DNA of 64,000 nucleotides from the human T2T-CHM13v2.0 reference genome, Homo sapiens: the NCBI RefSeq assembly GCF_009914755.1, contig NC_060935.1. One strand, 5' to 3'. The notes under the pieces were generated by a model. It saw only the letters and a list, made by a program, of their open reading frames with translations, had not been told where the DNA came from and did not search any database. Made by a program: the position numbers and the translations under genes. Below, in pieces: positions 28,501-43,053 of the stretch (positions are counted from its first letter, which is position 1; the number at the start of each line of letters is the position of its first letter).

Positions 28501-31500
28501 TTTCCAAACCCACTTTCTGTAGAATCTGCAAGTGGATATTTGGACTTCTCTGAGGATTTCGTTGGAAACGGGATAAACTTCCCAGAACTACAGGGAAGCA
28601 TTGTGAGAAACTTCTTTGTGATGTTTGCATTCAACTCACAGAGTTGAACCTTGCTTTCATAGTTCAGCTTTCAAACACTCTTTTTGTAGAATCTGCAAGT
28701 GGATATTTGGACCACTTTGTGGCCTTCCTTCGAAACGGGTATATCTTCACATCAAACCTAGACAGAAGCATTCTCAGAATGTTTCCTGTGATGACTGCAT
28801 TCAACTCACAGAGGTGAACAATCCTGCTGATGGAGCAGTTTTGAAACTCTCTTTCTTTGGATTCTGCAAGTGGATATGTGGACCTCTGTGAAGATTTCGT
28901 TGGAAACGGGTTCATCTTCACAGAAAAACTAAACAGGAGCATTCTCAGAAACTGCTTTGTGATGTTTGTGTTCCACTTAAAGAATTGAACTTTCCTCTTG
29001 ACAGAGCAGCTCTGAAACCCTCTTTTTCTAGAATCTGCAAGTGGACATTTGGAGGGCTTTGAGGCCTGTGGTGGAAAAGGAAATTCTTCACATAAAAACT
29101 TTATGGAAGCATTCTCAGAAACTTCTTTGTGATGATTGCATTCGACTCACAGAGTTGAACATTCCTATAGATAGAGCAGGTTGTAAACAATCTTTTTGTA
29201 GAGTCTGCGATTGGAGATTTGGACTGCTTTGAGGCCTACTGTAGTAAAGGAAATTACTTCATCTAAAAACCAAACGGAAGCATTCACAGACAATTCTTAG
29301 TGATCATTGGATTGAACTAACAGAGCTGAACATTCCTTTAGATGGAGCAGTTTCCAAACCCACTTTCTGTAGAATCTGCAAGTGGATATTTGGACTTCTC
29401 TGAGGATTTCGTTGGAAACGGGATAAACTTCCCAGAACTACACGGAAGCATTGTGAGAAACTTCTTTGTGATGTTTGCATTCAACTCACAGAGTTGAACC
29501 TTGTTTTCATAATTCAGCTTTCAAACACTCTTTTTGTAGAATCTGCAAGTGGATATTTGGACCACTTTGTGGCCTTCCTTCGAAACGGGTATATCTTCAC
29601 ATCAAACCTAGACAGAAGCATTCTCAGAATGTTTCCTGTGATGACTGCATTCAACTCACAGAGGTGAACAATCCTGTTGATGGAGCACTTTGGAAACTCT
29701 CTTTCTTTGGATTCTGCAAGTTGATATGTGGACCTCTGTGAAGATTTCGTTGGAAACGGGTTCATCTTCACAGAAAAACTAAACAGAAGCATTCTCAAAA
29801 ACTACTTTGTGATGTTTGTGTTCCACTTCAAGAATTGAACTTTCCTCTTGAGAGAGCAGCTCTGAAACCCTCTTTTTCTAGAATCTGCAAGTGGACATTT
29901 GGAGGGCTTTGAGGCCTGTGGTGGAAAAGGAATATCTTCACATAAAAACTAGATGGAAGCATTCTCAGAAACTACTTTGTGATGATTGCATTCGACTCAC
30001 AGAGTTGAACATTCCTATAGATAGAGCAGGTTGTAAACAATCTTTTTGTAGAATCTGCGATTGGAGATTCGGACTGCTTTGAGGCCTACTGTAGTAAAGG
30101 AAATAACTTCATCTAAAAACCAAACGGAAGCATTCACAGACAATTCTTAGTGATCATTGCATTGAACTAACAGAGCTGAACATTCCTTTAGATGGCGCAG
30201 TTTCCAAACACACTTTCTGTAGAATCTGCAAGTGGATATTTGGACCTCTCTGAGGATTTCGTTGGAAACGGGATAAACTTCCCAGAACTACACGGAAGCA
30301 TTGTGAGAAACTTCTTTGTGATGTTTGCATTCAACTCACAGAGTTGAACCTTGCTTTCATAGTTCAGCTTTCAAACACTCTTTTTGTAGAATCTGCAAGT
30401 GGATATTTGGACCACTTTGTGGCCTTCCTTCGAAACGGGTATATCTTCACATCAAACCTAGACAGAAGCATTCTCAGAATGTTTCCTGTGATGACTGCAT
30501 TCAACTCACAGAGGTGAACAATCCTGCTGATGGAGCAGTTTTGAAACTCTCTTTCTTTGGATTCTGCATGTGGATATGTGGACCTCTGTGAAGATTTCGT
30601 TGGAAACGGGTTCATCTTCACAGAAAAACTAAACAGGAGCATTCTCAGAAACTGCTTTGTGATGTTTGTGTTCCACTTCAAGAATTGAACTTTCCTCTTG
30701 ACAGAGCAGCTCTGAAACCCTCTTTTTCTAGAATCTGCAAGTGGACATTTGGAGGGCTTTGAGGCCTGTGGTGGAAAAGGAAAATCTTCACATAAAAACT
30801 AGATGGAAGCATTCTCAGAAACTACTTTGTGATGATTGCATTCGACTCACAGAGTTGAACATTCCTATAGATAGAGCAGGTTGTAAACAATCTTTTTGTA
30901 GAATCTGCGATTGGAGATTTGGACTGCTTTGAGGCCTACTGTAGTAAAGGAAATAACTTCATCTAAAAACCAAACGGAAGCATTTACAGACAATTCTTAG
31001 TGATCATTGGATTGAACTAACAGAGCTGAACATTCCTTTAGATGGAGCAGTTTCCAAACCCACTTTCTGTAGAATCTGCAAGTGGATATTTGGACTTCTC
31101 TGAGGATTTCGTTGGAAACGGGATAAACTTCCCAGAACTACAGGGAAGCATTGTGAGAAACTTCTTTGTGATGTTTGCATTCAACTCACAGAGTTGAACC
31201 TTGCTTTCATAGTTCAGCTTTCAAACACTCTTTTTGTAGAATCTGCAAGTGGATATTTGGACCACTTTGTGGCCTTCCTTCGAAACGGGTATATCTTCAC
31301 ATCAAACCTAGACAGAAGCATTCTCAGAATGTTTCCTGTGATGACTGCATTCAACTCACAGAGGTGAACAATCCTGTTGATGGAGCACTTTTGAAACTCT
31401 CTTTCTTTGGATTCTGCAAGTTGATATGTGGACCTCTGTGAAGATTTCGTTGGAAACGGGTTCATCTTCACAGAAAAACTAAACAGAAGCATTCTCAGAA

Positions 31501-34500
31501 ACTACTTTGTGATGTTTGTGTTCCACTTCAAGAATTGAACTTTCCTCTTGACAGAGCAGCTCTGAAACCCTCTTTTTCTAGAATCTGCAAGTGGACATTT
31601 GGAGGGCTTTGAGGCCTGTGGTGGAAAAGGAAAATCTTCACATAAAAACTAGATGGAAGCATTCTCAGAAACTACTTTGTGATGATTGCATTCGTCTCAC
31701 AGAGTTGAACATTCCTATAGATAGAGCAGGTTGTAAACAATCTTTTTGTAGAATCTGCGATTGGAGATTTGGACTGCTTGGAGGCCTACTCTAGTAAAGT
31801 AAATAACTTCATCTAAAAACCAAACGGAAGCATTCACAGACAATTCTTAGTGATCATTGCATTGAACTAACAGAGCTGAACATTCCTTTAGATGGCGCAG
31901 TTTCCAAACACACTTTCTGTAGAATCTGCAAGTGGATATTTTGACCTCTCTGAGGATTTCGTTGGAAACGGGATAAACTTCCCAGAACTACACGGAAGCA
32001 TTCTGAGAAACTTCTTTGTGATGTTTGCATTCAACTCACAGAGTTGAACCTTGCTTTCATAGTTCAGCTTTCAAACACTCTTTTTGTAGAATCTGCAAGT
32101 GGATATTTTGACCACTTTGTGGCCTTCCTTCGAAACGGGTATATCTTCACATCAAGCCTAGACAGAAGCATTCTCAGAATGTTTCCTGTGATGACTGCAT
32201 TCAACTCACAGAGGTGAACAATCCTGCTGATGGAGCAGTTTTGAAACTCTCTTTCTTTGGATTCTGCAAGTGGATATGTGGACCTCTGTGAAGATTTCGT
32301 TGGAAACGGGTTCATCTTCACAGAAAAACTAAACAGAAGCATTCTCAGAAACTGCTTTGTGATGTTTGTGTTCCACTTCAGGAATTGAACTTTCCTCTTG
32401 ACAGAGCAGCTCTGAAACCCTCTTATTCTAGAATCTGCAAGTGGACATTTGGAGGGCTTTGAGGCCTGTGGTGGAAAAGGAAAATCTTCACATAAAAACT
32501 AGATGGAAGCATTCTCAGAAACTACTTTGTGATGATTGCATTCGACTCACAGAGTTGAACATTCCTATAGATAGAGCAGGTTGTAAACAATCTTTTTGTA
32601 GAAAATGCGATTGGAGATTTGGACTGCTTTGAGGCCTACTGTAGTAAAGGAAATAACTTCATCTAAAAACCAAACGGAAGCATTCACAGACAATTCTTAG
32701 TGATCATTGGATTGAACTAACAGAGCTGAACATTCCTTTAGATGGAGCAGTTTCCAAACCCACTTTCTGTAGAATCTGCAAGTGGATATTTGGACTTCTC
32801 TGAGGATTTCGTTGGAAACGGGATAAACTTCCCAGAACTACACGGAAGCATTGTGAGAAACTTCTTTGTGATGTTTGCATTCAACTCACAGAGTTGAACC
32901 TTGCTTTCATAGTTCAGCTTTCAAACACTCTTTTTGTAGAATCTGCAAGTGGATATTTGGACCACTTTGTGGCCTTCCTTCGAAACGGGTATATCTTCAC
33001 ATCAAACCTAGACAGAAGCATTCTCAGAATGTTTCCTGTGATGACTGCATTCAACTCACAGAGGTGAACAATCCTGCTGATGGAGCAGTTTTGAAACTCT
33101 CTTTCTTTGGATTCTACAAGTGGATATGTGGACCTCTGTGAAGATTTCGTTGGAAACGGGTTCATCTTCACAGAAAAACTAAACAGAAGCATTCTCAGAA
33201 ACTGCTTTGTGATGTTTGTGTTCCACTCCAGGAATTGAACTTTCCTCTTGACAGAGCAGCTCTGAAACCCTCTTATTCTAGAATCTGCAAGTGGACATTT
33301 GGAGGGCTTTGAGGCCTGTGGTGGAAAAGGAAAATCTTCACATAAAAACTAGATGGAAGCATTCTCAGAAACTACTTTGTGATGATGGCTTTCGACTCAC
33401 AGAGTTGAACATTCCTATAGATAGAGCAGGTTGTAAACAATCTTTTTGTAGAATCTGCGATTGGAGATTTGGACTGCTTTGAGGCCTACTGTAGTAAAGG
33501 AAATAACTTCATCTAAAAACCAAACGGAAGCATTCACAGACAATACTTAGTGATCATTGGATTGAACTAACAGAGCTGAACATTCCTTTAGATGGAGCAG
33601 TTTCCAAACACACTTTCTGTAGAATCTGCAAGTGGATATTTGGACTTCTCTGAGGATTTCGTTGGAAACGGGATAAAATTCCCAGAACTACACGGAAGCA
33701 TTCTGAGAAACTTCTTTGTCATGTTTGCATTCAACTCACAGAGTTGAACCTTGCTTTCATAGTTCAGCTTTCAAACACTCTTTTTGTACAATCTGCAAGT
33801 GGATATTTGGACCACTTTGTGGCCTTCCTTCGAAAAGGGTATATCTTCATATCAAACCTAGACAGAAGCATTCTCAGAATGTTTCCTGTGATGACTGCAT
33901 TCAACTCACAGAGGTGAACAATCCTGCTGATGGAGCAGTTTTGAAACTCTCTTTCTTTGGATTCTGCAAGTGGATATGTGGACCTCTGTGAAGATTTCGT
34001 TGGAAACGGGTTCATCTTCACAGAAAAACTAAACAGGAGCATTCTCAGAAAGTGCTTTGTGATGTTTGTGTTCCACTTCAGGAATTGAACTTTCCTCTTG
34101 ACAGAGCAGCTCTGAAACCCTCTTTTTCTAGAATCTGCAAGTGGACATTTGGAGGGCTTTGAGGCCTGTGGTGGAAAAGGAAAATCTTCACATAAAAACT
34201 AGATGGAAGCATTGTCAGAAACTACTTTGTGATGATTGCATTCGACTCACAGAGTTGAACATTCCTATAGATAGAGCAGGTTGTAAACAATCTTTTTGTA
34301 GAATCTGCGATTGGAGATTTGGACTGCTTTGAGGCCTACTGTAGTAGAGGAAATAACTTCATCTAAAAACCAAACGGAAGCATTCACAGACAATTCTTAG
34401 TGATCATTGCATTGAACTAACAGAGCTGAACATTCCTTTAGATGGAGCAGTTTCCAAACACACTTTCTGTAGAATCTGCAAGTGGATATTTGGACTTCTC

Positions 34501-37500
34501 TGAGGATTTCGTTGGAAACGGGATAAACTTCCCAGAACTACACGGAAGCATTCTGAGAAACTTCTTTGTGATGTTTGCATTCAACTCACAGAGTTGAACC
34601 TTGCTTTCATAGTTCAGCTTTCAAACACTCTTTTTGTAGAATCTGCAAGTGGATATTTGGACCACTTTGTGGCCTTCCTTCGAAACGGGTATATCTTCCC
34701 ATCAAACCTAGACAGAAGCATTCTCAGAATGTTTCCTGTGTTGACTGCATTCAACTCTCAGAGGTGAACAATCCTGCTGATGGAGCACTTTTGAAACTCT
34801 CTTTCTTTGGATTCTGCAAGTTGATATGTGGACCTCTGTGAAGATTTCGTTGGAAACGGGTTCATCTTCACAGAAAAACTAAACAGAAGCATTCTCAGAA
34901 ACTGCTTTGTGATGTTTGTGTTCCACTTCAAGAATTGAACTTTCCTCTTGACAGAGCAGCTCTGAAACCCTCTTTTTCTAGAATCTGCAAGTGGACATTT
35001 GGAGGGCTTTGAGGCCTGTGGTGGAAAAGGAAAATCTTCACATAAAAACTAGATGGAAGCATTCTCAGAAACTACTTTGTGATGATTGCATTCGACTCAC
35101 AGAGTTGAACATTCCTATAGATAGAGCAGGTTGTAAACAATCTTTTTGTAGAATCTGCGATTGGAGATTTGGACTGCTTTGAGGCCTACTGTAGTAAAGG
35201 ATGTAACTTCATCTAAAAACCAAACGGAAGCATTCACAGACAATTCTTAGTGATCATTGCATTGAACTAACAGAGCTGAACATTCCTTTAGATGGAGCTG
35301 TTTCCAAACCCACTTTCTGTAGAATCTGCAAGTGGATATTTGGACTTCTCTGAGGATTTCGTTGGAAAGGGGATAAACTTCCCAGAACTACAGGGAAGCA
35401 TTGTGAGAAACTTCTTTGTGATGTTTGCATTCAACTCACAGAGTTGAACCTTGCTTTCATAGTTCAGCTTTCAAACATTCTTTTTGTAGAATCTGCAAGT
35501 GGATATTTGGACCACTTTGTGGCCTTCCTTCGAAACGGTTATATCTTCACATCAAACCTAGACAGAAGCATTCTCAGAATGGTTCCTGTGATGACTGCAT
35601 TCAACTCACAGAGGTGAACAATCCTGCTGATGGAGCAATTTTGAAACTCTCTTTCTTTGGATTCTGCAAGTGGATATGTGGACCTCTGTGAAGATTTCGT
35701 TGGAAACGGGTTCATCTTCACAGAAAAACTAAACAGGAGCATTCTCAGAAACTGCTTTGTGATGTTTGTGTTCCACTTCAAGAATTGAACTTTCCTCTTG
35801 ACAGAGCAGCTCTGAAACCCTCTTTTTCTAGAATCTGCAAGTGGACATTTGGAGGGCTTTGAGGCCTGTGGTGGAAAAGGAAAATCTTCACATAAAAACT
35901 TTATGGAAGCATTCTCAGAAACTTCTTTGTGATGATTGCATTCGACTCACAGAGTTGAACATTCCTATAGATAGAGCAGGTTGTAAACAATCTTTTTGTA
36001 GAATCTGCGATTGGAGATTTGGACTGCTTTGAGGCCTACTGTAGTAAAGGAAATTACTTCATCTAAAAACCAAACGGAAGCATTCACAGACAATACTTAG
36101 TGATCATTCGATTGAACTAACAGAGCTGAACATTCCTTTAGATGGAGCAGTTTCCAAACCCACTTTCTGTAGAATCTGCAAGTGGATATTTGGACTTCTC
36201 TGAGGATTTCGTTGGAAACGGGATAAACTTCCCAGAACTACACGGAAGCATTGTGAGAAACTTCTTTGTGATGTTTGCATTCAACTCACAGAGTTGAACC
36301 TTGCTTTCATAGTTCAGCTTTCAAACACTCTTTTTGTAGAATCTGCAAGTGGATATTTGGACCACTTTGTGGCCTTCCTTCGAAACGGGTATATCTTCAC
36401 ATCAAACCTAGACAGAAGCATTCTCAGAATGTTTCCTGTGATGACTGCATTCAACTCACAGAGGTGAACAATCCTGCTGATGGAGCAGTTTTGAAACTCT
36501 CTTTCTTTGGATTCTGCAAGTGGATATGTGGACCTCTGTGAAGATTTCGTTGGAAACGGGTTCATCTTCACAGAAAAACTAAACAGGAGCATTCTCAGAA
36601 ACTGCTTTGTGATGTTTGTGTTCCACTTCAAGAATTGAACTTTCCTCTTGACAGAGCAGCTCTGAAACCCTCTTTTTCTAGAATCTGCAAGTGGACATTT
36701 GGAGGGCTTTGAGGCCTGTGGTGGAAAAGGAAAATCTTCACATAAAAACTAGATGGAAGCATTCTCAGAAACTACTTTGTGATGATTGCATTCGACTCAC
36801 AGAGTTGAACATTCCTATAGATAGAGCAGGTTGTAAACAAACTTTTTGTAGAATCTGCGATTGGAGATTTGGACTGCTTTGAGGCCTACTGTAGTAAAGG
36901 AAATAACTTCATCTAAAAACCAAACGGAAGCATTCACAGACAATTCTTAGTGATCATTGCATTGAACTAACAGAGCTGAACATTCCTTTAGATGGCGCAG
37001 TTTCCAAACACACTTTCTGTAGAATCTGCAAGTGGATATTTGGACCTCTCTGAGGATTTCGTTGGAAACGGGATAAACTTCCCAGAACTACACGGAAGCA
37101 TGCTGAGAAACTTCTTTGTGATGTTTGCATTCAACTCACAGAGTTGAACCTTGCTTTCATAGTTCAGCTTTCAAACACTCTTTTTGTAGAATCTGCAAGT
37201 GGATATTTGGACCACTTTGTGGCCTTCCTTCGAAACGGGTATATCTTCACATCAAACCTAGACAGAAGCATTCTCAGAATGTTTCCTGTGATGACTGCAT
37301 TCAACTCACAGAGGTGAACAATCCTGCTGATGGAGCAATTTTGAAACTCTCTTTCTTTGGATTCTGCAAGTGGATATGTGGACCTCTGTGAAGATTTCGT
37401 TGGAAACGGGTTCATCTTCACAGAAAAACTAAACAGAAGCATTCTCAGAAACTGCTTTGTGATGTTTGTGTTCCACTTCAGGAATTGAACTTTCCTCTTG

Positions 37501-39515
37501 ACAGAGCAGCTCTGAAACCCTCTTATTCTAGAATCTGCAAGTGGACATTTGGAGGGCTTTGAGGCCTGTGGTGGAAAAGGAAAATCTTCACATAAAAACT
37601 AGATGGAAGCATTCTCAGAAACTACTTTGTGATGATTGCATTCGACTCACAGAGTTGAACATTCCTATAGATAGAGCAGGTTGTAAACAATCTTTTTGTA
37701 GAATCTGCGATTGGAGATTTGGACTGCTTTGAGGCCTACTGTAGTAAAGGAAATAACTTCATCTAAAAACCAAACGGAAGCATTCACAGACAATTCTTAA
37801 TGATCATTGCATTGAACTAACAGAGCTGAACATTCCTTTAGATGGAGCAGTTTCCAAACACACTTTCTGTAGAACCTGCAAGTGGATATTTGGACCTCTC
37901 TGAGGATTTCGTTGGAAACGGGATAAACTTCCCAGAGCTACACGGAAGCATTGTGAGAAACTTCTTTGTGATGTTTGCATTCAACTCACAGAGTTGAACC
38001 TTGCTTTCATAGTTCAGCTTTCAAACCCTCTTTTTGTAGAATCTGCAAGTGGATATTTGGGCCACTTTGTGGCCTTCCTTTGAAACGGGTATATCTTCAC
38101 ATCAAACCTAGACAGAAGCATTCTCAGAATGTTTCCTGTGAAGACTGCATTCAACTCACAGAGATGAACAATCCTGTTGATGGAGCACTTTGGAAACTCT
38201 CTTTCTTGGGATTCTGCAAGTTGATATGTGGACCTCTGTGAAGATTTCGTTGGAAACGTGTTCATCTTCACAGAAAAACTAAACAGAAGCATTCTCAAAA
38301 ACTACTTTGTGATGTTTGTGTTCCACTTCAAGAATTGAACTTTCCTCTTGACAGAGCAGCTCTGAAACCCTCTTTTTCTAGAATCTGCAAGTGGACATTT
38401 GGAGGGCTTTGAGGCCTGTGGTGGAAAAGGAAAATCTTCACATAAAAACTAGATGGAAGCATTCTCAGAAACTACTTTGTGATGATTGCATTCGACTCAC
38501 AGAGTTGAACATTCCTATAGATAGAGCAGGTTGTAAACAATCTTTTTCTAGAATCTGCGATTGGAGATTTGGACTGCTTTGAGGCCTACTGTAGTAAAGG
38601 AAATAACTTCATCTAAAAACCAAACGGAAGCATTCACAGACAATTCTTAGTGATCATTGGATTGAACTAACACAGCTGAACATTCCTTTAGATGGAGCAG
38701 TTTCCAAACACACTTTCTGTAGAATCTGCAAGTGGATATTTGGACCACTCTGAGGATTTCGTTGGAAACGGGATAAACTTCCCAGAACTACACGGAAGCA
38801 TTCTGAGAAACTTCTTTGTGATGTTTGCATTCAACTCACAGAGTTGAACCTTGCTTTCATAGTTCAGCTTTCAAACACTCTTTTTGTAGAATCTGCAAGT
38901 GGATATTTGGACCACTTTGTGGCCTTCCTTCGAAACGGGTATATCTTCACATCAAACCTAGACAGAAGCATTCTCAGAATGTTTCCTGTGATGACTGCAT
39001 TCAACTCACAGAGGTGAACAATCCTGCTGATGGAGCAGTTTTGAAACTCTCTTTCTTTGGATTCTGCAAGTGGATATGTGGACCTCTGTGAAGATTTCGT
39101 TGGAAACGGGTTCATCTTCACAGAAAAACTAAACAGAAGCATTCTCAGAAACTGCTTTGTGATGTTTGTGTTCCACTTCAGGAATTGAACTTTCCTCTTG
39201 ACAGAGCAGCTCTGAAACCCTCTTATTCTAGAATCTGCAAGTGGACATTTGGAGGGCTTTGAGGCCTGTGGTGGAAAAGGAAAATCTTCACATAAAAACT
39301 AGATGGAAGCATTCTCAGAAACTACTTTGTGATGATGGCTTTCGACTCACAGAGTTGAACATTCCTATAGATAGAGCAGGTTGTAAACAATCTTTTTGTA
39401 GAATCTGCGATTGGAGATTTGGACTGCTTTGAGGCCTACTGTAGTAAAGGAAATAACTTCATCTAAAAACCAAACGGAAGCATTCACAGACAATACTTAG
39501 TGATCATTGGATTGA
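13567..39515 (+). repeat. Tandem duplication of a 15-HOR block, period 12,750 bp
   Basis: The ordered series of rare variants in 13567-26765 recurs at +12,750. Examples: gaggcctgtt 14611/27361; ttccacttaa 16221/28971; ctagtaaagt 19041/31791; atgtaacttc 22451/35201; caattcttaa 25041/37791. ORF translations are identical. Flanking mismatches are at 13566/26316 and 26766/39516. Confidence 0.95.
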
Positions 39516-42500
39516 GCTAACAGAGCTGAACATTCCTTTAGATGGAGCAGTTTCCAAACACACTTTCTGTAGAATCTGCAAGTGGATATTTGGACTTCTC
39601 TGAGGATTTCGTTGGAAACGGGATAAAATTCCCAGAACTACACGGAAGCATTCTGAGAAACTTCTTTGTAATGTTTGCATTCAACTCACAGAGTTGAACC
39701 TTGCTTTCATAGTTCAGCTTTCAAACACTCTTTTTGTACAATCTGCAAGTGGATATTTGGACCACTTTGTGGCCTTCCTTCGAAACGGGTATATCTTCAT
39801 ATCAAACCTAGACAGAAGCATTCTCAGAATGTTTCCTGTGATGACTGCATTCAACTCACAGAGGTGAACAATCCTGCTGATGGAGCAGTTTTGAAACTCT
39901 CTTTCTTTGGATTCTGCAAGTGGATATGTGGACCTCTGTGAAGATTTCGTTGGAAACGGGTTCATCTTCACAGAAAAACTAAACAGGAGCATTCTCAGAA
40001 AGTGCTTTGTGATGTTTGTGTTCCACTTCAGGAATTGAACTTTCCTCTTGACAGAGCAGCTCTGAAACCCTCTTTTTCTAGAATCTGCAAGTGGACATTT
40101 GGAGGGCTTTGAGGCCTGTGGTGGAAAAGGAAAATCTTCACATAAAAACTAGATGGAAGCATTCTCAGAAACTACTTTGTGATGATTGCATTCGACTCAC
40201 AGAGTTGAACATTCCTATAGATAGAGCAGGTTGTAAACAATCTTTTTGTAGAATCTGCGATTGGAGATTTGGACTGCTTTGAGGCCTACTGTAGTAGAGG
40301 AAATAACTTCATCTAAAAACCAAACGGAAGCATTCACAGACAATTCTTAGTGATCATTGCATTGAACTAACAGAGCTGAACATTCCTTTAGATGGAGCAG
40401 TTTCCAAACACACTTTCTGTAGAATCTGCAAGTGGATATTTGGACTTCTCTGAGGATTTCGTTGGAAACGGGATAAACTTCCCAGAACTACACGGAAGCA
40501 TTGTGAGAAACTTCTTTGTGATGTTTGCATTCAACTCACAGAGTTGAACCTTGCTTTCATAGTTCAGCTTTCAAACACTCTTTTTGTAGAATCTGCAAGT
40601 GGATATTTGGACCACTTTGTGGCCTTCCTTCGAAACGGGTATATCTTCACATCAAACCTAGACAGAAGCATTCTCAGAATGTTTCCTGTGATGACTGCAT
40701 TCAACTCACAGAGGTGAACAATCCTGTTGATGGAGCAGTTTTGAAACTCTCTTTCTTTGGATTCTGCAAGTTGATATGTGGACCTCTGTGAAGATTTCGT
40801 TGGAAACGGGTTCATCTTCACAGAAAAACTAAACAGAATCATTCTCAGAAACTGCTTTGTGATGTTTGTGTTCCACTTCAAGAATTGAACTTTCCTCTTG
40901 ACAGAGCAGCTCTGAAACCCTCTTTTTCTAGAATCTGCAAGTGGACATTTGGAGGGCTTTGAGGTCTGTGGTGGAAAAGGAAAATCTTCACATAAAAACT
41001 AGATGGAAGCATTCTCAGAAACTACTTTGTGATGATTGCATTCGACTCACAGAGTTGAACATTCCTATAGATAGAGCAGGTTGTAAACAATCTTTTTGTA
41101 GAATCTGCGATTGGAGATTTGGACTGCTTTGAGGCCTACTGTAGTAAAGGAAATAACTTCATCTAAAAACCAAACGGAAGCATTCACAGACAATTCTTAG
41201 TGATCATTGCATTGAACTAACAGAGCTGAACATTCCTTTAGATGGAGCAGTTTCCAAACACACTTTCTGTAGAATCTGCAAGTGGATATTTGGACTTCTC
41301 TGAGGATTTCGTTGGAAACGGGATAAACTTCCCAGAACTACACGGAAGCATTGTGAGAAACTTCTTTGTGATGTTTGCATTCAACTCACAGAGTTGAACC
41401 TTGCTTTCATAGTTCAGCTTTCAAACACTCTTTTTGTAGAATCTGCAAGTGGATATTTGGACCACTTTGTGGCCTTCCTTCGAAACGGGTATATCTTCAC
41501 ATCAAACCTAGACAGAAGCATTCTCAGAATGTTTCCTGTGATGACTGCATTCAACTCACAGAGGTGAACAATCCTGCTGATGGAGCAATTTTGAAACTCT
41601 CTTTCTTTGGATTCTGCAAGTGGATATGTGGACCTCTGTGAAGATTTCGTTGGAAACGGGTTCATCTTCACAGAAAAACTAAACAGAAGCATTCTCAGAA
41701 ACTGCTTTGTGATGTTTGTGTTCCACTTCAGGAATTGAACTTTCCTCTTGACAGAGCAGCTCTGAAACCCTCTTATTCTAGAATCTGCAAGTGGACATTT
41801 GGAGGGCTTTGAGGCCTGTGGTGGAAAAGGAAAATCTTCACATAAAAACTAGATGGAAGCATTCTCAGAAACTACTTTGTGATGATTGCATTCGACTCAC
41901 AGAGTTGAACATTCCTATAGATAGAGCAGGTTGTAAACAATCTTTTTGTAGAATCTGCGATTGGAGATTTGGACTGCTTTGAGTCCTACTGTAGTAAAGG
42001 AAATAACTTCATCTAAAAACCAAACGGAAGCATTCACAGACAATTCTTAGTGATCATTGCATTGAACTAACAGAGCTGAACATTCCTTTAGATGGAGCAG
42101 TTTCCAAACACACTTTCTGTAGAACCTGCAAGTGGATATTTGGACCTCTCTGAGGATTTCGTTGGAAACGGGATAAACTTCCCAGAACTACACGGAAGCA
42201 TTGTGAGAAACTTCTTTGTGATGTTTGCATTCAACTCACAGAGTTGAACCTTGCTTTCATAGTTCAGCTTTCAAACACTCTTTTTGTAGAATCTGCAAGT
42301 GGATATTTGGAACACTTTGTGGCCTTCCTTCGAAACGGGTATATCTTCACATGAAACCTAGACAGAAGCATTCTCAGAATGTTTCCTGTGATGACTGCAT
42401 TCAACTCACAGAGGTGAACAATCCTGCTGATGGAGCAGTTTTGAAACTCTCTTTCTTTGGATTCTGCAAGTGGATATGTGGACCTCTGTGAAGATTTCGT

Positions 42501-43053
42501 TGGAAACGGGTTCATCTTCACAGAAAAACTAAACAGAAACATTCTCACAAACTGCTTTGTGATGTTTGTGTTCCACTTCAGGAATTGAACTTTCCTCTTG
42601 ACAGAGCAGCTCTGAAACCCTCTTATTCTAGAATCTGCAAGTGGACATTTGGAGGGCTTTGAGGCCTGTGGTGGAAAAGGAAAATCTTCACATAAAAACT
42701 AGATGGAAGCATTCTCAGAAACTACTTTGTGATGATTGCATTCGACTCACAGATTTGAACATTCCTATAGATAGAGCAGGTTGTAAACAATCTTTTTGTA
42801 GAATCTGCGATTGGAGATTTGGACTGCTTTGAGGCCTACTGTAGTAAAGGAAATAACTTCATCTAAAAACCAAACGGAAGCATTCACAGACAATTCTTAG
42901 TGATCATTGCATTGAACTAACAGAGCTGAACATTCCTTTAGATGGCGCAGTTTCCAAACACACTTTCTGTAGAATCTGCAAGTGGATATTTGGACCTCTC
43001 TGAGGATTTCGTTGGAAACGGGATAAACTTCCCAGAACTACACGGAAGCATGC

